DNA from: Octopus bimaculoides
Lineage: Eukaryota
DNA: 64,000 bases
Reading direction: 5' to 3'
NCBI RefSeq assembly: GCF_001194135.2
Contig: NC_068995.1
Location: 14,386,645 to 14,450,644, forward strand
Translations under genes and position numbers: made by a program
Notes under the pieces: generated by a model
Seen by the model: the letters and a program-made list of their open reading frames with translations, nothing else
Told to the model about the DNA's origin: nothing
The model's database searches: none
Part shown: positions 12,456 through 24,329 of the stretch, piece by piece
Layout of the letters: each line of letters opens with the position of its first letter
Position numbering within the stretch: the first letter of the stretch is position 1

Positions 12456-14733
12456 CTTTTCTATAATAGGCACAAGGCCTGAAATTTTGTAGGGAGAGTA
12501 CATTAAACCCAGTGCTCAACTGGTACTTATTATATCGACCCTGAAAGGATGAAAGGCAAAGTCAACCTTGGTGCGATCCCATGATCATTCATGACCTGAA
12601 GGGTGATATGTATGTATGTGTGTATATACATATATATATATACACACATACATATCACTATAGACATACTTCCATATACACACAGTTAATTACATAAACA
12701 CACAAGCATAAAGTCAGATGAAATGCCACTAAGCATTTTGCCTGGTGTGTTAACAATTCTGCCAGCTCACCACCTTAACAACAACAGTTCCTTACTTAGG
12801 TACAAGGCCCAAAATTTGGAAGAAAAGGGATAAAATTTTGTGAATGAAGTAGCAGTACTTCACAGGTACAAAGAGGCCTAACTAAAAGATGAAATTAATA
12901 GTCCCTCAAACTGATTAACTCGTTAATTACAGCTTTTCTCAGACAATTAGACATTTAATACATCTGTACAAACTAGCAATAAAGTTATTTACATACAAAT
13001 AGATAACTGAATGTATAATACTAAACCATAACAAAATACATTTACGAACAAAACAAAACAAAAACAAAAGATGAAAAGAAATAACTGGTTACTGACCGAC
13101 CAATGTGGTATGTTGGGATGGATGTAGTGCCAAATCTTTGCATTCCGTAATAATTTATAAATCCTCTTTCTTTCAGGGATTCCAAAGCTTGTTCAACATT
13201 GGGATCAGTTCCAGTGACATTCCTGCAGAAAATAACAAACAGGAAAAAATGGGTTAACTGCAGAAAATAATGAACAGGAAAAAATGGGTTAACTTCAGGC
13301 AAAGTCATAATTATTGTTGTTGTTTCATGTAGAAATATAGGCAAATGGGGGGGGGGGTCACAGTCACACAAAGATGAACAATGATTTAAATTTTTGGAGC
13401 CATTTATTTTCTTATTTCTTTATTGCCCACAAGGGGCTAAACACAGAGGGGACAAACAAGGACAAACAAAGGGATTAAGTCGATTACATCGAGCCCAGTG
13501 CGTAACTGGTATTTAATTTATCGACCCCAAAAGGAGGAAAGGCAAAGTCGACCTCGGCGGAATTTGAACTCAGAACGTAACGTCAGACGAAATACTGCTA
13601 TACATTTCACCTGGTTTGCTAGCGATTCTGCCAGCTCACCGCCTTTTATTTTCTACTCATATGTTACATCATGCAAGTGTAATGCATGTATATACAAGTG
13701 TACAGCAAGTGTATGCCCGCACGACGTAATGTATGAGTTGAAAATAAATGGCTCAGCAACAGTAGAAAAAACTTTGTCAGCTCGTATATATAGAAGCAGC
13801 AGAAAATTGATCACACTGGTACAAAGTCATGTTTGCAGTAACATGAAATAACCAAAATAGAGAACATTCAGGGATGACAGCAGGTTTTCTGAGATATAGA
13901 TGGAGACAAAAGACACCACCAGTCTGTACGGAAACAAAGCAACCTCGATCCCAGATACAAACCAGAAGTGACCCTCTTCCGACAAGTTGTGTAAACTAAG
14001 GCTAAATAGTAACACAATAAGCTTATCGTTGGAGATAAAAGTCACTATCATCATCTAATGCTTGCTTTTTATGTTGGCATGGATGGGGCAGTTTGACAGG
14101 ATCTGGTGAGTCACAGGGGTGCATCATGCTTGAATGTCTACTTTGGAATTATGGTTTCAACAGCTGGATGCCCTTCCTGATGCCAACCACTTTACAGTGT
14201 GTACAGATGTATTGGGCGCTTTGGTGCTATGTGGAAAGCAATCATGTGAGCACTGCATAAGAGTTCTTGTGGCGGTGCCACATTAAAAGCACTCAGCACA
14301 CTCTGTAAAGTGGTTGGCATTAGGAAGGGCATCCAGCTGTAGAAACCAAGCCAAGTCGGATGAGCCTGGTGCAGCTTTCCTGCTTGCAAGCTCTGGGTCA
14401 AATCATCCAACTTATGAACAATATGGAAAACATACATTAAATAATAATAATAATGCTGCCACTGCAAAGGGCTTAACTGAATGAATGACATCAACAAATA
14501 AGACATAGGTACCCAGTGATATCACAAAAATAAAGTACCCTAATATAAAGGCAATGGGATAACAGAGGTAACAAATAAAAGGCGGGTTACCTGAGGACAA
14601 TGATGAACCTGTTTCCCAACAACTGGCCAAGCTTCAGACATTCATCAACATAGCTGAAACAATAGAAATATTAATCAGATTGATCTTTAATCTTTTTCCA
14701 ATATATAGGGATGTTACTGGGAGTATGTCTTTA

Positions 14734-14787
<54 letters not shown>

Positions 14788-16511
14788 GGGTGCAATGGGT
14801 AAATTGTTACCATCTTATATTTTTGATTTTGTTGACTACATAGTATAGTAGGGGCAGTTGAGCACTGTCTGTGAGNNNNNNNNNNNNNNNNNNNNNNNNN
14901 NNNNNNNNNNNNNNNNNNNNNNNNNNNNNNNNNNNNNNNNNNNNNNNNNNNNNNNNNNNNNNNNNNNNNNNNNNNNNNNNNNNNNNNNNNNNNNNNNNNN
15001 NNNNNNNNNNNNNNNNNNNNNNNNNNNNNNNNNNNNNNNNNNNNNNNNNNNNNNNNNNNNNNNNNNNNNNNNNNNNNNNNNNNNNNNNNNNNNNNNNNNN
15101 NNNNNNNNNNNNNNNNNNNNNNNNNNNNNNNNNNNNNNNNNNNNNNNNNNNNNNNNNNNNNNNNNNNNNNNNNNNNNNNNNNNNNNNNNNNNNNNNNNNN
15201 NNNNNNNNNNNNNNNNNNNNNNNNNNNNNNNNNNNNNNNNNNNNNNNNNNNNNNNNNNNNNNNNNNNNNNNNNNNNNNNNNNNNNNNNNNNNNNNNNNNN
15301 NNNNNNNNNNNNNNNNNNNNNNNNNNNNNNNNNNNNNNNNNNNNNNNNNNNNNNNNNNNNNNNNNNNNNNNNNNNNNNNNNNNNNNNNNNNNNNNNNNNN
15401 NNNNNNNNNNNNNNNNNNNNNNNNNNNNNNNNNNNNNNNNNNNNNNNNNNNNNNNNNNNNNNNNNNNNNNNNNNNNNNNNNNNNNNNNNNNNNNNNNNNN
15501 NNNNNNNNNNNNNNNAATGGCAATTTTATTGAATAAATTTATTCTTTAGTATTTCAAGATATTTTTATGTAATTTTGGAAAATATATCTGTTAAAATGAG
15601 AGATGTCAGTGTTATTTTCATTTTCGCGCAATTTAGACGACAATTTATTCACCGCTCCCTGTGCATATATATATATATGTATGTATATATGTAATAATTT
15701 AGAGAAAAACCACTATTAAATAATTCAATAATGAAGAATGTAATTCATACTCTCTAGAAAATAAATATATCATAAAAACCTTATTATAAAAATAAGTAAA
15801 GTACATAAAAGAATAACTAGTAAATGGTATAGACCTCTTCAGTCATGTATGACCATGGGATTGCATCTAGAAAGTTCCCTTCCAAGGCACAAATCTGGGC
15901 AAGATTGTTTATGCACACCAGCCTTCCCTCTCCATACCACCGATGTTATCCAAGGGATGGCAAAGGCCAATACAGCTTTGCACCAGTTGTCTTGCTCAAA
16001 AGAACACAACAAAACCTGGTCCTGGAATTGAACTCACTACCCCATGATTGTGAGCTTGAAACTTTAACCACTGAGCCATGCACCTTCATATATGTTAAAA
16101 ACATTTCTAGGAAGAATTCTTGATACAGTCAGAATATTTGAAGAAAGATTCTGTTAAATTAAAAATTATTAGTTATGTAAAAAAATCTTAAAGAATGTTC
16201 CAAAAGATTTTATCATTTTGTTTTTTTAAGATTTTTTTAAATATAATAATCTTTCAATAAAAAAATCTTTTTTTCAGTTACATACATATATACACATGCA
16301 CATGCCCATACATACATGAATATACTTAAATATATATGTGATCATATATTAAGCTAAAAACTTTAAAATAAATTGCCTTAACAATGAATCAGTTTTAATT
16401 AGCAATACCAATTAGATATGACAATTGATAATCATAATAACTCAGTCACAAAACAATGATAATAATAATAATAACAATAATAATAATAATAACAATAACA
16501 ATAACAATAAC

Positions 16512-16547
<36 letters not shown>

Positions 16548-16915
16548 CTAATTGATGTATCAATACCAGCAGATGACAACGTTTCTCGAAAAGAAATGGA
16601 AAAACTTTCAAAATACAAAGACCTGGAAATAGAGATAACTCGAATGTGGAGTCTAAAAACAGAAACAATTCCTATCATAGAAGGTGCCTTAAGTATAATA
16701 AAAAAATATTCAGACAAATACATAACAAAAACACCAGGACTTACAAATATATATAACATACAGAAAATTGCACTACTGGGTACTGCACACATTCTACGCA
16801 AAACAGTTTCAATACAGTAAACATAAGAGCACCACAGCAAACCACAGCACATACCCAAGGCGCACAGAGCTGCGCTCGGTAGTGAAGTGAAAGCACGTTA
16901 TAAAAATAAAACTAC

Positions 16916-16977
<62 letters not shown>

Positions 16978-17182
16978 AATAATAATAATAATGATGTCTC
17001 ACCTAAAGTTACCAAGGCATATATTTTTCAAAGCCTTATTTAATTCATACAGACGTTCTCCTGTAGTTCTAGTGTAAAAAAAAAAGTTTGAAAATAGAGC
17101 ATATTTTATACTTTTTTTGCATGAGAGTAGAATGAACAAATACATAAAAATAAAACACATAAATAAATAGGTAGACAGACAT

Positions 17183-17223
<41 letters not shown>

Positions 17224-18882
17224 AACAGACAGATGTGAGCAATGGATTGTCACTTACAACACACAAACTACCACTTAAGAGGTTGAAGAATATTGGTATT
17301 CTTTTCTACTCTAGGCACAAAGCCTGAACATTTTGGGGACTGGTACTTAATTTATTGACCCTGAAAGGATGAAAGCCGAAGTCGACCTCAGCAGAATTTG
17401 AACTCAGAACGTAAAGACAGAACGTAAATACCGCTAAGCATTTCGCCCGGCGTGCTAACATTTCTGCCAGCTCAATAATAATTTCTTTATTGTCCACAAG
17501 GATTGACGGAAAGGGTGAAGAGAATGGTATGAGTCTTCTACAATTGGACAATATAGATGATTTTTACTCCAGTTGAAAATAGTCAAACCCAGTCTGGTGC
17601 CGTGTAAAAAGCACCAGTGCTGGTGGCACATAAAAAGCACTGGTGATGGTGCCATGCACAAAGCACCCAATACACTCTATAAAGTGGTTGGCATTAAGAA
17701 GGGCACCAAACTGTAGAAATCAAACCAAAACAGACAATGGAATCAGGGGCGGCCCCTGGCCTTGCCACCTCCTATCAAGCCGTCCAACCCATGCCAGGAT
17801 GGAAAATGGATGCTAAATGATGATGATGATGATGATGATGATGATAAGTGATGATGAGAGAAAGTTAAGAAGCAATATGTCACCTGAATATAGTTATTAA
17901 CTGAGATGTTTTGGCTCGTCTGTCTTTTGTACCTGAATATTGGAACTGTCCAGGCTTTATTCTGAAATGATAAAACATGTGAAATATACTTGATATGAAT
18001 CGATATAACATAATACACTTAACAATGAAAAGCATATGCTGATGCATCTTGGTGCCAAACAGACCAACATTTGGCATCATGATGTACTAAAAATATGAGA
18101 AGTAGCATGATGGGTACTGTTCCAAAAACACAGCTAAATGCCTGCCCTGGATTTGAACCTAAATAGCTGTGGTAGATTTTAATCTACCATAGCTATTTAG
18201 ACATTTATCCAAAAGGACCTTATCAGTTAGGTGTACAATGCCATTTCACTTCCATTGAAAATCAACCATCACTATCACCACCAAAACTACCATAACATGT
18301 TCACTACCAAAACAACTACTACTGTTACTACTATTACAACTGTTACTGCTATCACCACCACCAAAATTACTACTACTATTATTACTAGTTAAACAACTGC
18401 TGCCACTGCCACTGCCACTGCTGCCACCGCCACCACTAGCACTTTTCATTATCGCCACTACAATTACACACCACCACCACTACCATCTTGAAATACTAGA
18501 TAACAGTGTACTTTACCTGAGTTTATTTGCAATAAAGTTGATGGCATCCATAGTGTCTTTGTTCTCCTTATAAAGTACAAACTTACAATAGTTTCCTCTC
18601 TTCTGGGGCCAAGAACCACGAGCATTACGACCTGCAAAGTAAAGGTATGATAAAAAGACCCAGAAGATATTAATTGGTTGAGAAAGAAAATACTGAAACT
18701 CACCTGTCGTCAATATATATAGGTGTAGGAGTGACTTTGTGGTAAGAAGCTTGCTTTCCAACTACATGGTTGTACGTTCAATCTCACTGCGTGACACCTT
18801 GGGCAAGCATCTTCTACTATAGCCTCAGGCCAACCAAAGGCCTTGTGGTTGGATTTGGTAGATAGAAACTGAAAGAAGCCTG

Positions 18883-18923
<41 letters not shown>

Positions 18924-21900
18924 GTTAGGAATGGCATCCAGCTGTAGAAACTCTGCCAAATTNNNNNNNNNNNNNNNNNNNNNNNNNNNNNNNNNNNNNN
19001 NNNNNNNNNNNNNNNNNNNNNNNNNNNNNNNNNNNNNNNNNNNNNNNNNNNNNNNNNNNNNNNNNNTGGTGTTGCCATCCGGTTTCACCAGTCTTCAGTC
19101 AAATCGGCCAACCCATGCTAGCATGGAAAGCGGACGTTAAACAATGATGATGATGATGATGATAATATATATATATATATATAGTGTTGGGCCTCATGGA
19201 GGTATAGTGGCTGAGTTCCTTTTGAGTGTTAGGCCTCATGGAGGCAAAGTGGCTGAGTTCTTTCCAAGTGTTGGGCCTCATGGAGGCGAGGTGGTTGAGT
19301 TCCTTTCAAGTGTTGGGCCTCACAGAGTCAATGACCAAGACCTTTGGCATTATGTCATGCTTGAGAAGAAGACCCATCAAGCCAAGCAAAATCGCAGTTG
19401 TGGCAGATACTGGTGTCACGTAAATGGCACCTGTGCCGGTAGCATGTAAAAGCACCTATTACACTTTCAGAGTGGTTGGCGTTAGGAAAATCATATCAAA
19501 TCAGACTGGAGCCAGATGCAGCCTTCAGCGTGCCAGCCCAGTCAAATCATCCAACCCATACTAGCATCAACAACGGACGTTAAATGATGATGATGATGAC
19601 GATGATCTGTGTGCTAAGAAATTTTAAGCCTTCTGCTTATAGAAGAAAGGATTATCATGTGAAAAGCACTGCTGATGGTGCCAAGTAAAAAACACTGAGT
19701 ACACTCTGTAAAGTGGTTGACATAAGGAAGGGTATTTAACTACAGAAACAAAGCCAGCCCCCAGCCTTCTCAGCTCCTGTTAAGTCATCCAACCCATGCT
19801 AGCATGGAAAACGGATATTAAGTGATGATGATGATGTTCATAAAGACATATATATCTTTTACTTGTTTCATTCATTTGACTGTAACCATGCTGGGGCCAC
19901 TGCTTTGAATTTTTAATTAAATGAATTGACCCCAGTACTTCTTTTTATTTTTAAGAAATGGTATTTATTCTATCAGTCTCTTTTGCAGAACCACTAAGTT
20001 ACAGGGACAAAAACATACCAACACTGGTTGTCAAGCAATGGGAGGTGGGGACACACACAGACACAAAGACACACACACACACACACACATATATATACGA
20101 CGGTTTTTTTCAGTTTCCATCAACCAAATCCAATGATCATCATCATCATCGTTTAACGTCCACTTTCCATGCTAGCATGGGTTGGACGATTTGACTGAGG
20201 ACTGGTGAACCAGATGGCTACACCAGGCTCCAATCTGATTTGGCAGAGTTTCTACAGCTGGATGCCCTTCCTAACGCCAACCACTTTGAGAGTGTAGTGG
20301 GTGCTTTTTACATGCCACCGGCACGAGGGCCAGTCAGGCAGTACTGGCAACGGCCACACTCAAAATGGTGTTTTACGTGCCACCTGCACAAGAGCCAGTC
20401 CAGCGGCACTGGCAACGACCTCGCTTGTATGTTTCCTAACATGCCAGTAAGGCGACACTGGTAACAATCATGCTCAATATGCATATATGGGTACTGGACA
20501 TCACAAACTGTGTAAACAACAAGAAATATGGAAACAAACAAGTTAAATACGTAAACAACGAGAGAAAAAAAGGAAAACAGGACAAGTAAACACAGAGAAA
20601 GACCCTTCATCAGTTGTCGGCTGTCTATATATGATGGCTTCCTTTAGTTTCCATCTACCAAATCCACTCACAAGGCTTTGGTCAGTCCAAGGCTATAGTA
20701 GAAGACATTTGCCTGAGGTGCTACACAGTGGGACCAAACCTGGAACCATGTGGCTGGGAAGCAAGCTTCTTACCACACAGCCACACCTGCACCTATGTAT
20801 ATTATGATGTTTGTAAAGATATGTGGGTTTACCTTTTGAGCCCTGCAAAACCACTTTGATGACTTTCTTGTTGTTAATCACTTCTGTAGTACTTTCTAAG
20901 CCAATAAAACCATCACGGATGGCTTGATGTATCTTAGTTCGCTCAGCTTTGTCGTCTCCAGCCTACAATCACAAATAGATTTCTAATTAAAAGTAAATGA
21001 TAATAATAATAATAAATTATAGTCAATTCAACTCATTTTAATTAATGTGCTGGTAAGTTCCATATATTCCACCACAAGTTTCAGTCCTTATTGTGATGTG
21101 GTGGTTTGTATGCCTCAATGACCCTGAGAACTATATCAACAGAGCACAAACTCCTGGTAGGGCCTCCCATACTGGGCAAGTCAAAGGATAAGGGCCAAAT
21201 TAATTATGGACCACGTCTTCCCAGAAGTAAGAATGGGTTCACATAGGACCAATACATCCCTACATAGAAAACAAGCAAAGTAACCGAAGCATCAATGATG
21301 ATTCAAAACCAACAAGACCCGGGAGAAGAAGGCCTTCCCTCCAGGCGCAGAGTTGAGAACAGTGGAGAAAAGTTGTCAATGGCCTACGCTTCATAGGGAG
21401 GTGAAGAGCTTATGTAACTAAATAATGTTTTGTATAATACGTCGTCACAATGACTTAACTGAAAGCTTTTTTTCTCTGTATAGTATATCTAAAATAAGCG
21501 GAGGAAAAGAATAAAATTCAACTGGAAAAATGCTGAGTTTTAAGCAAAGAACAAAGATTGCATTGTGACAGTGTAGAGAATGTGTAGAAGGGGCATTGTT
21601 GATAGGGACACAAGCTATAGTGAAAGAACTCTAACAAACTAGTTAATCAATCAATTAATTAATTGGCTAATAAAACTGAAGTGAAATACAACCAGTGTAT
21701 GTGCTTTAAATGGCGACATGACTAAGTACAACAATTTCTGTTTCAACACATGATTTCATATCAGGAATATTTGAAAGCAAAATACAAAAAGAAAAAAAAT
21801 TTCTTAGGGGAAACAAAGAGGGGGGTGGAGAGAGAGAGAGTGTAGAATCAGCCTTTGAGGCTGAAGGTGCAAAACAAATATTTACCTCAAGAATAACTGA

Positions 21901-22593
21901 AGAATTTTTATCCCGTTTTGTTGAGATCTCATTTAGTTTCTTAATATTTTCAGCAGAAAGACAATCACTAACATCAACAAGAACCTTTCAAATGGAAAAA
22001 AAAAATAGGGTTGTAGAGAATATGGAATTGTCATAATCATACAATCAAATAGGGCTGATTTCCCAGTTTACATGGCACATATATTTCCCCTATGTACAGG
22101 ACACTCGTCCGTCGCAGGGTCACTCATTTTTACCAGCTGAGTGGGCTGAAGCAACGTGAAATGAAGTGTTTTTCTCCAGAACACAATGCATTGCCCAGTC
22201 TAGGAGTTGAAACCACAATCTTATGATCATGAGTCCAACACTCTAACCACTAAGCTACGCACCTCCTTTTTTTCCCGCCTCTTGACTGGAGGGTCCCCAA
22301 GATGATGGGACCCCCAAGCCTGCAATGTGCGTTTGAGATGTTCAGTGAGTCCTGCAATCTGCATTGTGTCTTTGTGTCAGTGTTTGTCCACTCACCCACT
22401 GCTTGACAACTGGTGTTGGTGTGTTTATGTCCCTGTAACTTAACAGTTCAGCAGAAGAGACTGACAAAATAAGTACCAGGCTTTAAAAAAAAGTGATAGG
22501 GTTGATTCATTTGATTAAAAATTTTTCAAGGCAGTGCTCCAGCAAGGCTGTAGTCAAATGAGTGAAAGAAGTAAAAGATACAAGATAATATAT

Positions 22594-22626
<33 letters not shown>

Positions 22627-24291
22627 CATGCATGATAGGGAGGGGGACTTCTTTCAATATTTGTCTACTAAATCTACTCTCAGTGCTTTGCCAGTCCAAG
22701 GCTATACTAGCAGACACTTGCACAAGGTGCCACACAGGGGACTGAACCCAAACTTATGTGGTTGGGAAGCAAACTTCTTAACCACACAGCCACAACTGTG
22801 TCTAAAATGCTAGCAGATAAAGCAAAACCAACACAACCACTTCATATCAAAAAGCAAAAAAAAAAAAACCCACCCCTCCCTCATAAAAATAGAAAAGAAA
22901 TTGAATACATACTTTTGTTGGGCTTTTTGGTTTTGAGATATCTGTTAACTTGACAATCTCTCCTTTCATATCAATTTCATTTACAATAAAATCAGAAAAT
23001 CTGAGGACCAGAAATAGAAGTTTAAAGTTAAAATTTTAATCATTGGATTTAATTAGATATTGTTGTTGTTGTTTAGTTCTCAGATCAGCTCCAATTGAGC
23101 AAACCAATGGTCACAGGTATTCCAGCCATGACAAGAGATAAGTCGCTGGTCAGTCAATATTGTGAATAGCCTTAATGGGCAAAGTAGAGCCCAGTCAACA
23201 CTGCAAATAGAGCAAGGGACAAGTACTTGGTCAGCTGATGCTGTGAACAGAGCAATGGGTTAAGCTGCTGGTCAGTCAATACTCTGAATTAAGCAAGGTA
23301 TAAGCTCTTGGTCAGTTGATATAATGAATAGAGTAAAAGGTATAAGATGCTGGTCAGTTGATGCTGTGATCTGATTTTAATTTCAGGTTGCAAGTAATTT
23401 GGCGATCTTTCGATACCAGTACGAAATATCGGACTTTTCCGTAACACCTGCACGATCTTCACTAGGGAGTTAGGGTTAGGGTTAGGGTTTTAGTGTCAGG
23501 GTTAGGGTTTTAGGGTTAGGGTTAGTGTTTAGGGTTACGGTTACTGTTAGGGACGGAATTCCCTAACCCAAACCCTAACCCTTCAAAAGAAATCGTGCTC
23601 TCTGCTTCTCTTTCACTTTTACGATGTCGTTTCCCTCTTTCCCCCCCAACACTTTTTACGGAAAAGACCAATATTTCATACTAGTATCGAAAGATCGCCA
23701 GTAATTTCCCTTTCCAATGTCATTCATGACTAAAAAAAGTGCATGGACATCACAGCATCCCATTTCTAACACTCTTCAATTAGAAGGTCTTTGTGCTTTC
23801 TCAAAAAATAATAAATAAATAAATAAAAGCTACTGCAGCTGTTGTTGTTTAGCCCCAGGTCACCTCAAGTCAGATCCAGTGGACTGACAATCTAAAGCAT
23901 TCTAGCCATAGCCATCCCGTCGTACATTTTAACAAAAAATGCATATCCAGGATTAGATTATCAAATGTAGCCTTCTGTTTTTAGGAGAGTAGGGTATGAT
24001 TTTAAGGGAGAAAGGACCAATAATTTTGTTTAGGGAACATTTAGTCAGGACACTGATTACATTGGATGGCTTACTACTACTACCACAACCACTACTACAA
24101 TGACTACTACTACTACTACCACAACCACTACTACTACGACTACTACTACTACTACTACCACAACCACTACTACAATGACTACTACTACTACTATCACAAC
24201 CACTACTACTACCACAACCACTACTACTACTACAACCACAACTACTACCACAACCACCACCACTACTACTACTACTATTACTACTACCACA

Positions 24292-24329
<38 letters not shown>

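Noticed and set aside
13827-14054. Possible extra PUS7 exon
   Set aside because: No PUS7 similarity, and exons 9 and 10 already join in phase with no missing conserved residues.
19183-19322. CRISPR-like array
   Set aside because: Contiguous tandem units without unique spacers, in eukaryotic intron context with no cas genes.
23466-23582. True telomere or chromosome-fusion site
   Set aside because: Short, degenerate, enclosed by TIRs and inside an intact gene's intron; an interstitial element is the simpler explanation.
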